The notes: generated by a model from the sequence alone, not told the origin. A stretch of DNA of 15,790 nucleotides from Octopus sinensis (GCF_006345805.1 NW_021825421.1:1-15790), one strand, 5' to 3'; shown: positions 1-9,138, counted from the first letter of the stretch. A program made the numbers and translations.

Positions 1-29
1 TTAAACCACAGTGGAAATCTTTCAACGAA

Positions 30-42
30 AAGAGAGAGGAGA

Positions 43-73
<31 letters not shown>

Positions 74-98
74 AAGAAAGAGAGAGAGAATGAGAGAG
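30..98. repeat. (GA)n microsatellite
   Basis: Imperfect AG dinucleotide run. Confidence 0.95.
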
Positions 99-124
99 TG
101 CAAAATATAATGATGTATTTCTTT

Positions 125-200
125 CAGTACCTGATGTTGTATTGAAAGAATGAAAAAGCAAAGTTGACGTTGATGGGATTTGAACTCAGGACACAGAATG
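125..200 (-). mobile_element. Degenerate SINE family B fragment
   Basis: gaaagaatgaaaaagcaaagttgacgttgatgggatttgaactcagga is a diverged reverse complement of tctgagttcaaattccgccgaggtcgactttgcctttcatcctttc at ~8905-8950. Confidence 0.65.
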
Positions 201-929
201 CCAGAATGACTACTTCAATACATTCTAAGCAATCCGCTAACAATCCTGTCGAATCCCCAAGTAACAACGGGCAGGTATTTAATGCATGGAACATGCTTGG
301 ATGGAGTTGAAAGGCAAGGGGAGGTAATCCCTGTTTTTCTTTACCAGTGAGTGTTGCTAATTAAACCATCACCCATGTTGCTAATTGCACTTTAATTAGC
401 AGATCGTTCGCAGTCATTATCTCCTGTGTTAACATTTCCTTTATTTACATTTGACAGCAGTTCATTATAAAAAATCTATTTGAAATGTCTCATCTTGTCA
501 ATCGGTTTCTACTATTTGGTTATTAATAACCAAATTTTGAATATGTTTTCATAATGATGCCTTTAATGACTTATCATTATTATATAACATTGAATTCTTC
601 AGGCTGGAATTACCTATTAAACATATTTATATTGGAGTATTAGAGTGGATGCGGATGGGGGGAAGGAAGGATATTTTTAAATCCTTCATTTACTGATGAA
701 GTAATTTTAATTACACATAATTTTATGAGTTAAAATAAACAAAAGACACTGGAACGCCATTCTTCTCCAACGCCATTAATACAAAAATAATGAAGAACAT
801 AATCCAACCAACATCTATTTCACAAAGACACAAATATTAAAGTAAACAATATTCTTGAAAAAAAAATTTTCTCTTTTTTTTTTTTGGTTTTTCAAAGAAT
901 TTCATTCTCGTTGTTTTCTTTGAAATGTA

Positions 930-2100
930 CAGTCCAGTTTTCCTTATTCTTGTTCCAAACAATTCCGTCAATTTCTCGACTCTCTCTCTCTCTCCAACAG
1001 TACTGCTCTTTCCTCGCTACCAAACACCTCTTCATCCAGTCTTACTCTTATTAAATTCTTCACCTTTGCAATCTTTTCCTCAATTCACACAATCTTATCG
1101 CAAATTATCATCATTCAGTCGGCTGCTTTCTTTGCCTCACATATTCCATTCTCCTCCTTACTTCCCCTTTCCACTCCTCATATTTCTCCTCTTTGTCTAT
1201 TTCTTCTCTCCTTCTTGTTGTTGGCTCTGGGGTTCGATTTTCACTCGTCTCTTTTCTCTACTAATTTTTTCTCTTGTACTTTTACCGCTTTTTTCTTCTT
1301 TTTCAGTTTTTGGCAGTGAATCCGCACTTGTTCTTTTTCTGCCCCCTATTTCCTCCTCCTTTTCCTCCACTACTATTACTTCCTCCACCTCTGCTTAGTT
1401 CTCCGTTCTTTCCTCGTCTCTGGGGTCACCTTGCCTTCATGTGTCCTCTTGTACCGCAATTATAACATATTGGAGGCTTCCCCTCCACCACAATTCTCAA
1501 CCGGGTGTCATCAGGGAGCACCAACTCCTCTGCTATCTTGTGCAAGTCAGGCAGGGTTATATGGATCAAGATTTCCAGTCTAAATCCCCATCAGTTTATC
1601 TCAGCCAATTTTGCCACCTTGATAATCTTGGTCTCCTCCTCACAGTTGTACAGGATAGCTTCCAACAGCCATTCCTCCTCTACTTTGGGTGGCACTCTCC
1701 CTATCTGTACTCTTGCCACTCTTTTACCACATTAGGTTGGCAAAAGTGCCCACCTGGCTGATCTCAACAGCATCGTGGAGTACTTTTTCGTTTCCTCCTC
1801 GTTCACGAAGTGAACCTCCACCGTGCCGTACTTCCTTCCCCGAGTATAAAACGTCGTTACTCCCTTCACTTCGCTCAGGCATTCCTCTGCTACTTCCACT
1901 CTTTTTGTTTCTACATCCAGCATTCTGTATATTATTATTTTCCTCTCTGCTCTTTCCATCGCTTCTCCCGGGGGTATCAGCCTAAGGCAGTCTCCCTCTT
2001 TTTTAAATAATCCTTGTACTTTCCGAAATCCTTCTGCTCCAACACCAATTCTTTCAATCGCAGAATGTCAGCTGCCTATTCGTTGTTCCTCTATTTCACC
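930..2100 (-). pseudogene. Decayed L1/Tx1-clade ORF1p (Gag-like, CCHC zinc knuckle) with Glu/Lys-rich tail
   Basis: Reading through stops in the frame of ORF 1732-1959 gives MERAERKIIIYRML...WALLPT*CGKRVARVQIGRVPPKVEEEWLLEAILYNCEEETKIIKVAKLAEIN*WGFRLEILIHITLPDLHKIAEELVLPDDTRLRIVVEGKPPICYNCGTRGHMKAR*P. This is CX2CX4HX4C with the last Cys codon now TGA. A frameshifted E/K-rich region follows (ORF 1197-1388). Boundaries approximate. Confidence 0.8.
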
Positions 2101-2205
2101 CAAAAATGGGGAAGAAAAAGAAACAACATTAACAACAATTAACAAATCTCAAAAATATAACTGTATCCAAAGTACAACAATGCACAACTCGCATCGACAA
2201 TGCTA

Positions 2206-2776
2206 TTCAAATTTTCTAACACCCACAAAAGAAAAACAACATTATTTCATTACTTAAACATGCAAGTGGTTGTTGTTAATAGAAATTCAAACGCGCCGGT
2301 TTCAAATTCCCGTAAGCCTATACAATTTTATTACAACCATTTTTATTTCTATACCCTTTCAAAGAGTAGATGAAAACCTATGGTTGCAGAAAGGGATCAC
2401 CTCAGTAAATTTAAAGTTTTGGGCCCCAAAAACTTAAGGATGGAAGGGACTCCTTAACACATAGCTTATACTTATTTATATTTACTCTGAAGTAAGGGTC
2501 CCTCAAAATAACAGACCATTCCAAAGAATATCTTTTCTCATTACTCTTTAAACCATGTATATAAGAGGCAAGTGTAGTAGAATTAAAGTGGGCCCTATGC
2601 CTACTGTACTGCCTTTATAAAATTTATCTAAATTACCCTCCTCTTTAGCAACGCATGACTAATCTAAAAGTTAAACCCAGCAGACTAGTTCAACTTTCTG
2701 ACACCCAGCCACCAAAAAAAAACGAATTATTTTATTGCTAATCATGCAGGTGGTCGTTGTTAATAGAAATCCAAAC
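2206..2776. repeat. Diverged ~88-bp direct repeat pair (2206-2292 and 2689-2776)
   Basis: ttcaaattttctaacaccc...catgcaagtggttgttgttaatagaaattcaaac versus ttcaactttctgacaccc...catgcaggtggtcgttgttaatagaaatccaaac. Offset 484 bp at catgca. Confidence 0.75.
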
Positions 2777-2913
2777 CGTATAAACATACACATATACACA
2801 TATATTTGTATATACATATATATATACACACACACCTATATTTGTATATAGCCGAGCCGAGCCGAGCCCTGGCCCCCATAGCGCTCATTGGGGGGTCGTA
2901 GCCTTGGACAGTG

Positions 2914-3030
2914 AGCCTCAACATGTCTTCGCAAGCAGAGTTTAGTGTCCAATGAAGGAAAGGTACGCATAAGTAGGCTGGTTACACCCGCTGGCATAGG
3001 CCATGAGGTTATGGTCTCACTTGGCTTGTA
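2914..3030 (-). mobile_element. Probable RTE-type LINE 3' UTR fragment
   Basis: Minus strand reads caagccaagtgagaccataacctcatggcctatgccagc...gtacctttccttcattggacactaaactctgcttgcgaagacatgttgagg. Its end resembles tgcttgaggagacctactgagt in the RTE 3' UTR at ~7384-7405. The rest is recalled as an octopus RTE tail and unverified. Confidence 0.5.
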
Positions 3031-3219
3031 ACCCATAAAAGCCCTCAATGACTCAACAGAGCTCAGAAACACGTCCTCCTCCGCCACGTCACCTTCAACA
3101 CCATGGAGTTATTTAAACTAATACAGAACTCTGAATTAATTAGTCATGGTTCTAACAACGGAATGCTCACACCGAACCTGATCATGTCAAGACTACATCA
3201 CTCACTTCTGACATTTCCT

Positions 3220-3310
3220 TTTATTTTTTAACTGGTTCCAATCAGACTGTGGCCATACTGGAGCACTGATTTCAGAGTTTTATTTGATTTTATTCAGACT
3301 TGTACTTCTG
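3220..3310 (-). mobile_element. SINE family A 3' tail fragment
   Basis: gactgtggccatactggagcac matches gactgtggccatgctggagcac at ~12083-12104. Confidence 0.65.
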
Positions 3311-3588
3311 TACTTTCCACTGGTGGTGTTGGTGATGGCAGTGGCGGAAGTTTGACCAAAACCCCTCAGATACCAAAAGATAAGTTCATTAAAAAGACAA
3401 ACAAATAAAAAAAACAGTAAAGAACAATAAAAGTTGAAAAGCTTTTTTCTTTCTTTCGAAATGGTTTCTCATTCGATGGTTGATGCGATGAAAGGAGACT
3501 GAATGAATTTTGTTAACTTTTAGTCATGGTTTGGGCCAAAGTTTATTAATTTGCATCTCTTAATGCTAATTAATTATTAGAAGCCATG

Positions 3589-3745
3589 AGTGCAGGTGTG
3601 GCTTTGTGGTTGGGAAGTTGGCTTCCCACTCATATGATCCTGGGTTCAGTCCCACTGTGTGGCACCTTGGGCAAGTGTCTTCTACTACATCCCCAGACCA
3701 AGCACAGCCTTGGGAGTGGATTTGGTAGACAGAAACTGAAAGAAG
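3589..3745 (+). mobile_element. tRNA-headed SINE family A, 5' half
   Basis: A-box-like gtggctttgtggtt and B-box-like gggttcagtccc (3642-3653). Reverse complement of the heads at 11740-11888 and 12330-12481. Confidence 0.85.
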
Positions 3746-3848
3746 GTGGCGTGCTGGCAGAATCGTTAGCACGCCGGGCGAAATGCTTAGCGGTATTTCA
3801 TCTGCCGCTACGTTCTGTGTTCAAATTCCACCGTGGTCGCCATTGCCT
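3744..3848 (+). mobile_element. tRNA-headed SINE family B, 5' part
   Basis: aggtggcgtgctggcagaatcgttagcacgccgggcgaaatgcttagcggtattt...gttcaaattcc, nearly identical to 8651-8750. Confidence 0.9.
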
Positions 3849-3900
3849 GAAGGCAAAACTGCCCAGAAATGGGTTTCAATTCCTATATATATATATATAC

Positions 3901-4092
3901 CTTTTATCTTTTACTTTTGTCATTTGACTGCAGCTATGCTGGGGCATATGGAATATGAAAGAGAGAGATAAGAAGGGTTTTAGTCAAACAATTGTTTTTA
4001 AGGTCTGGTACTTATTCTATTGGTCTCCTTTGCACCAAACCTCAAAGTTATGGGGAATGTAAACACACCAACACTGGTTGTCAACTGGCGGT
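3901..4092 (-). mobile_element. SINE family A, 3' half (diverged)
   Basis: gtcatttgactgcagctatgctggggca...gtacttattctattggtctcctttgc...gtaaacacaccaacactggttgtcaa aligns with 11515-11665. Confidence 0.8.
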
Positions 4093-4109
4093 AAAGAGAC
4101 TTGCTTTAA

Positions 4110-4330
4110 CAAAAGGTAAGGCGCCTCACTCCCAGTGGTCTTTCAGCACGCCAGACACCATCCCGGAATTTCTGCGTACCCGTGCTAACATTTATTGGAT
4201 GGCCGTTGACTCTCAAGAGGTCCTCCGCCCTTTGACGGGTTTTGTTTTTCATCCCGCAGGGTGTCCAATAAACACCCTCCTCACCTAGCAAGCTTGTATT
4301 GGGTTACATGTTACCAATAGCACTCGAAAG
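4110..4330. repeat. GC-richer interspersed repeat fragment with hairpin (possible LINE UTR piece)
   Basis: GC content rises sharply. Perfect 7-bp stem agggtgt (4258-4264) / acaccct (4272-4278) and palindrome ctctcaagag-like at ~4210. Family assignment is from recall only. Confidence 0.35.
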
Positions 4331-4424
4331 TGACCTGACTGCTACGTACATATGAACTAACTGTTCATGATATATATCGAAAAATCACTAGTCAAACGAA
4401 AAAATCAAAAATTAATTCACTTAC

Positions 4425-4518
4425 CTTCGAGTCCAAAATAACTTTCAAAGAGATTTCTTCCAGAAACTGAAGATTTAAAACAACTGAAAAAGTCATCGTT
4501 TTTTCCACTGTTTTTCAT
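4425..4518 (-). CDS. Candidate exon of an unidentified host gene (MKNSGKNDDFFSCFKSSVSGRNLFESYFGLE, phase-1 donor)
   Basis: Consensus donor AAG|GTAAGT at 4425/4424. ATG at 4518 is preceded by an in-frame TAA. Unique non-repetitive context. Alternative reading: a 42-nt phase-0 internal exon 4425-4466 (FLEEISLKVILDSK) after ttgttttaaatcttcag. Confidence 0.4.
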
Positions 4519-4796
4519 TTAAAGATGGCTTTCGTTACATCATCCTAAAGACAATGCCTAAGCCCATTCTACGGCAAAAAAACAACTTAACTAAACTATT
4601 CTTAACCTTTTGTACTTTTTGGTCAGAAACATTTTGGAGCTAAAGTAAACAATCATCACGTTATCGACCTCTGTTGATGTTTGGGAACTGGTCTGCCATT
4701 TCCGAAGGTATATATATTCAGACCAAATCAGCTACTTGTGCTGAAGCAGATCTTCCCATCGTGACATCAAAACCATCGGGTGTGTCTTTATGGGCC

Positions 4797-4797
<1 letters not shown>

Positions 4798-4832
<35 letters not shown>

Positions 4833-4857
4833 CGCGCATACGTTCATGAATACACAC

Positions 4858-4896
<39 letters not shown>

Positions 4897-4918
4897 CTAC
4901 ACGCGCATACGTTCATGA

Positions 4919-4969
<51 letters not shown>

Positions 4970-4985
4970 CCGCATACGTTCATGA

Positions 4986-5023
<38 letters not shown>

Positions 5024-5067
5024 TATATATATATATATATATACGCGCATACGTTCATGAATAACAC

Positions 5068-5118
<51 letters not shown>
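4798..5118. repeat. Compound minisatellite: ~70-bp unit of CGCGCATACGTTCATGAATA + (CA)n(TA)n, 4 copies
   Basis: Core copies start at 4833, 4902, 4970 (one base missing) and 5044. Confidence 0.95.
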
Positions 5119-5121
<3 letters not shown>

Positions 5122-5491
5122 AGGGGGATTCCAGGTCATCAGCGTCACACGGGCTCATCACAGTCTTCGTATAAGACACATTTCTACTCGAAGAATTTCA
5201 CGTTTTCGCGCTTTATTTCTCTAGCCCCAATGGCTTATTTTTTTTACATCTAACACGATGTCTTTCTCCGTTTCTAAGTTAAAGATTAAAATAAAGCAAC
5301 CCTGCAAAACACAACTGATCTTTGCGCACAGATGCACAGAGTAAGAGCAATGAAATTACGACAGAGGAGTGCACAAGCAAACATCAGCGATCTGACTGTC
5401 GCTTGTAATCTTGACAAGAGATGCCAGTTTGTCTTTTACACCTACCAGGCTCGTTCCTATTAGCCCGAGTTGCTGGATAAATTTTCGTTCC

Positions 5492-5871
5492 GGATCTTTT
5501 CTGTTTGAACGGCAGTTTTTTAAAATAATTTCCACGTAACTAAACACTTTTAAACTTCGTATACTGGTAGAATGTGTTTATAAAACATCTTTTTCTCTTG
5601 GCTTTATTGAGAAAATTCTATAGTATGTAAGATATTTGTTGTTTTTTTCTACAATTTCTGCAATTTCAACCAATCAATGACGTCTATTGAGGTAAAAAAA
5701 ACATTCTGTGCCGTATGAATATGTCCCACGTTTAAGAAACAGATTGGGTTTATTTACATTTCTGAAGAAAAAAAAGATACCCTTCCCTCACCCCTAACCC
5801 TAACCCTAACACAGATTGAAATGCAATAGATCGATACTAGGGTCATAACTATGGGTGACAATTTCATATAA
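5492..5871. mobile_element. Non-autonomous DNA element (MITE-like) carrying (CCCTAA)3, flanked by 6-bp direct repeat CGTTCC
   Basis: Starts ggatcttttctgtttgaacggcagtttt. CGTTCC lies at 5486-5491 and 5872-5877. Telomere-type hexamers at 5792-5809. No matching right TIR is visible. Confidence 0.55.
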
Positions 5872-6264
5872 CGTTCCTTTAAGAATATTACAGAACGGAA
5901 ACTTTTCATGGATTTGAATTTAAATATTAATCTCTCAAAAAATTTATAGTTTCAAGAAAATATTGTATTTGAATTAATTTTAATTTTTACGATTATTGAT
6001 AACAACTCGGGCTGTAACTTCTGAGCCCGAGTCAGGCGCGTGTGAACGATGTCGAGAGAACGTCTACTACGAATGACATTTTCTGACTCAGACGGTGAAC
6101 GAAAATAAACCAACAGCGGCCAGGCTCAATAAAAGGAGCCCAAGTTATTGGCTGCAATTACATACTTGAAGTCAGTGTTGGCAGAAATCAGCTTATAAAT
6201 ACACGTCCACCTTATTACATTTATATTCGGGCTAAGCTCGAATGGCCCGAGTGCCGGAGTCACC

Positions 6265-6269
6265 ATATA

Positions 6270-6315
<46 letters not shown>
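6265..6315. repeat. (TA)n microsatellite
   Basis: Direct observation. Confidence 0.95.
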
Positions 6316-6349
6316 CTAATCAATACAAGCAACAGGATATCCAAGGTAG

Positions 6350-6436
6350 TGTAGTACAATCGTTTCATGCTACTTCATTTAATTAATCAATGTAAGTATT
6401 ACATCAGTTTCAAAATGTAGAGCACTCTTCAGCCAT
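6350..6436 (-). ncRNA. Minimal type I hammerhead ribozyme motif (Penelope/retrozyme-like)
   Basis: Minus strand: UGG-CUGAAGA (6432-6426)-GUGCU...AGCAU (stem II)-GAAAC-GAUU-GUA (6357-6355)-CUA. Both core boxes and the NUH triplet are in the correct order. Stem I is only ~3 bp. Confidence 0.6.
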
Positions 6437-6531
6437 TATGGACCTTTTTAATTAAATTGACAATATTCATTTTTATACTTATTCCATTTAGACAGAGAGA
6501 TAAATCTATCTATCTATATATATATATATAA

Positions 6532-6610
6532 TGGCGGTGCCCCAGCAGAATGGTGGTGCCCCAGCATGGTCACAGCTCGTGAGATGAAACTAGATAAAAT
6601 AAAAATAAAA
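6532..6610 (+). mobile_element. SINE family A 3' tail fragment with short internal duplication
   Basis: tggcggtgccccagca / tggtggtgccccagcatggtcacag, followed by an A-rich tail. Confidence 0.7.
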
Positions 6611-6966
6611 TCATCATCATTGTTTAATGTCCATTCTCCATGCTAGCATGGGTTCGACGGTTCGACCGGGGATCTGGGAAGCCAGAAGGCTGCACCAGGC
6701 TCCAGTCTTATCTGGCAATGTTTCTACAGCTGGATGCCCTTCCTAACGCCAACGACTCCGTGAGTGTAGTGGGTGCTTTTTACGTGCCACCTGCACAGGT
6801 GCCAGGCGAGGGTGGCAACGGCCACGGTCGGATTGGTGCATTTTACGTACCACCGGCACGGAAGCCAGTCGAAGCGGCGCTGGCATCGGCCACGAGTCGG
6901 ATAGCGCTTTTTACGTACCACCAGACCAGGGGTCCTGGCTGGTTCAATTCGATTTCGATTCGAATT
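6611..6966 (-). mobile_element. RTE-clade LINE 3' UTR (5'-truncated) with (GAT)n tail
   Basis: Reverse complement of ~7420-7771. Tail appears as tcatcatcat at 6611-6620. Confidence 0.85.
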
Positions 6967-7001
6967 GAATATATATAATATATATAAAATAATATATATA
7001 T

Positions 7002-7771
7002 ATGAGAGAAATGCTGGACATAACAAGCATCGGATGGGGCATGCAAGAAAGAAGTTTGCGCTGGTATAGTCATGTACTCCGGATGGATGAGGAGAGATGT
7101 ACGAAGAAGTGCCACTCCCAAACAGTTGAAGGAATCCGGGGTAGAGGTAGACCCAGGAAGACATGGAATAAGGTGATCAAGCTTGATCTTCGAGCGTTGG
7201 GCCTCACAGAGGCAATGACGAAAGACCGAGACCTCTGGAGATATGCTGTGACAGCGAAGACCCGACAAATAACGTGAGGCTGTTTCCTGCACCAGCTTCA
7301 CATAACAGCCCCAAACCATCGAAAATACCTTGGATCGCAGGACGGCCTACTGTGCTTACCTTGGATCGTAGGGTGACCTGCTATGCTTGAGGAGACCTAC
7401 TGAGTGAAGTACATCAACATCGAAATAAAAATCAAATGGAAATTGTAGTTGTGATACCCGTGCCAGTGGCACATACAAAACACCATCTCAACGAGGCTGA
7501 TGCCACCGCCGTCTTGACTGGCTTCCGTGCTGGGGGCACATAAAAAGCACCAACCGATCGTGGCCGTTGCCAGCCTCCTGGGGTACCTGTGCTGGTGGCA
7601 CGTAAGAAGCGCCCTCTAAACTCACAGAGTGGTTGGCGTTAGGAAGGGCATCCAGCTGTAGAGACACTGCCAGATCAGACTGGAGCCTGGTGCAGCCTCC
7701 TGGCTTCCCAGACGACGGTCGAACCGTCCAACCCATGCTAGCATGGAAAACTGACGTTAAACGATGATGAT
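7002..7771 (+). mobile_element. 5'-truncated RTE-clade LINE: RT-ORF C-terminus (7002-7277), 3' UTR and (GAT)n tail
   Basis: LRWYSHVLRMDEERCTKKCHSQTVEGIRGRGRPRKTWNKVIKLDL...DRDLWR matches the RTE C-terminal signature LRWxGHVxRM...GxRxRGRPxxxW...DRxxWR. Ends in gatgatgat. Confidence 0.92.
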
Positions 7772-7807
7772 ATATATATATATTAATATATTATTATATC
7801 TATATAT

Positions 7808-7841
<34 letters not shown>

Positions 7842-7870
7842 ATAATATATATAATATATATTTTAGTGTA

Positions 7871-7925
<55 letters not shown>

Positions 7926-8230
7926 ATTTCTGTGTGTATGTATGTGGTATGTATGTATGTATCATGTATGTATGTACGTATGTGTGTGTGTATGTACGTA
8001 TGTACGTAAGTATGTGTGTATGTATATATGTATGTATGTATGTATTATGTATGCGTGTATGTACGTATGTACGTCTGTATATACGTATGCATGTACGTAT
8101 GTACGTATGTATGTATGTATGTATGTATGTATGTACGTATTATGTATGTATGTACGTATGTACGTATGTATATACGTATGCATGTACGTATGTACGTATG
8201 TATGTATGTGTGTGTGTGTGTGCGTGCGTG
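7771..8230. repeat. Compound microsatellite (TA)n, (TATG/TACG)n, (TG)n
   Basis: Direct observation. Confidence 0.95.
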
Positions 8231-8239
8231 TATTGTGGC

Positions 8240-8418
8240 TTTGTGTGTGTGTCTGTCGTTTACGTTTATCTCCATGTGACTTAGCGGTTCGCTATAATAG
8301 GCCAATAAAATCTACCAGGCAAAAATGAGAAATAACTGGTGTCAATTTCTTAGGTTAAAATTCTTCAATGCGGTGCCCCAGCGTGGCCGCAGTCTAATAA
8401 CTGAAAAAGTGAAAAAAA
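8240..8418 (+). mobile_element. SINE family A, 3' half (diverged)
   Basis: gacttagcggttcg...gcggtgccccagcgtggccgcagtctaataactgaaa is the reverse complement of 11505-11635. Confidence 0.8.
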
Positions 8419-8650
8419 CTCGGTAAAACTTTAAACTAAGGGACATAACTCTTGTACCTCCCACTGTGGCTTTACCTGCTAGAAATAGCAGCCAAAATGA
8501 TTTTAAACCAGATCCCAATGCTGGATCTTCAAGAACCAAATGAAGAGCAGAGTTTCAATCCTGGGATCATCCTGATTCCAGAAAGGTAGAATATGTCTAT
8601 GTAGACTGAGGGACAGGGGTCACAGGCACAAGGGAATTTCACTTTTATTA

Positions 8651-9134
8651 AGGCGCGAGCTGGCAGAAACGTTTGCACGCCGGGCGAAATGCTTAGCAGT
8701 ATTTCGTCTGCCTTTACGTTCTGGGTTCAAATTGCGCCGAGGTCGACTTAGCCTTTCATTCTTTCGGGGTCGATAAATTAAGTACCAGTTACGCACTGGG
8801 GTCGAAATAGACGACTTAATCCGTTTGTCTGTCCTTGTTTGTCCTCTCTGTGTTTAGCCCCTTGTGGGTAGTAAAGAAATAGGTATTTCGTCTGCCGTTA
8901 CGTTCTGAGTTCAAATTCCGCCGAGGTCGACTTTGCCTTTCATCCTTTCGGGGTCCATTAAATAAGTACCAGTTACGCACTGGGGTCGATATAGACGACT
9001 TAATCCGTTTGTCTGTCCTTGTTTGTCCGTCGTTGTTTATCCCCTTATGGTAGTAAAGAAATAGGTATTTCGTCTGCCGTTACGTTCTGAGTTCAAATTC
9101 CGCCGAGGTCGACTTTGCCTTTCATCTCTTTCGG
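8651..9134 (+). mobile_element. SINE family B: one full copy plus tandem head-less body copies (~183-bp period)
   Basis: Unit gtatttcgtctgcc... starts at 8699, 8883 and 9065. Only the first copy has the 5' aggcgcgagctggcagaaacg head. Confidence 0.92.
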
Positions 9135-9138
9135 TGTT

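Noticed and set aside
693-715. CTGATGA followed by hairpin gtaatt/aattac
   Set aside because: No GAAA after the stem, so the hammerhead core is incomplete.
925-2010. Hydrophobic plus-strand ORFs resembling membrane proteins
   Set aside because: Antisense shadows of the purine-rich minus-strand ORF1 remnant.
2836-3087. 83-aa minus-strand ORF
   Set aside because: Non-ATG start, no recognisable domain, and it spans a repeat fragment and a microsatellite.
3589-3665. tRNA gene (also SINE heads at 8651, 11888 and 12481)
   Set aside because: A/B boxes are present but there is no cloverleaf, and each continues into a SINE body.
4833-5063. CRISPR-like array of 20-bp partly palindromic repeats
   Set aside because: Spacers are just (CA)n(TA)n, the context is eukaryotic and there are no cas genes. 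It is a minisatellite.
5120-5145. Minus-strand CTGATGA at 5136-5142
   Set aside because: Runs into (TA)n with no stem II partner or GAAA.
5792-5809. Telomere or chromosome fusion site
   Set aside because: Only three hexamers, embedded in an interspersed repeat.
6773-6923. CRISPR-like 19-bp repeats with unique spacers
   Set aside because: Internal repeats of the RTE 3' UTR, also present in the inverted copy.
7764-8328. Many ORFs of 70-130 aa (YI/CMYV/HTYI-rich), and similar ones at 4674-5224, 9906-10199, 11199-11460 and 13228-13459
   Set aside because: Stop-free translations of microsatellites.
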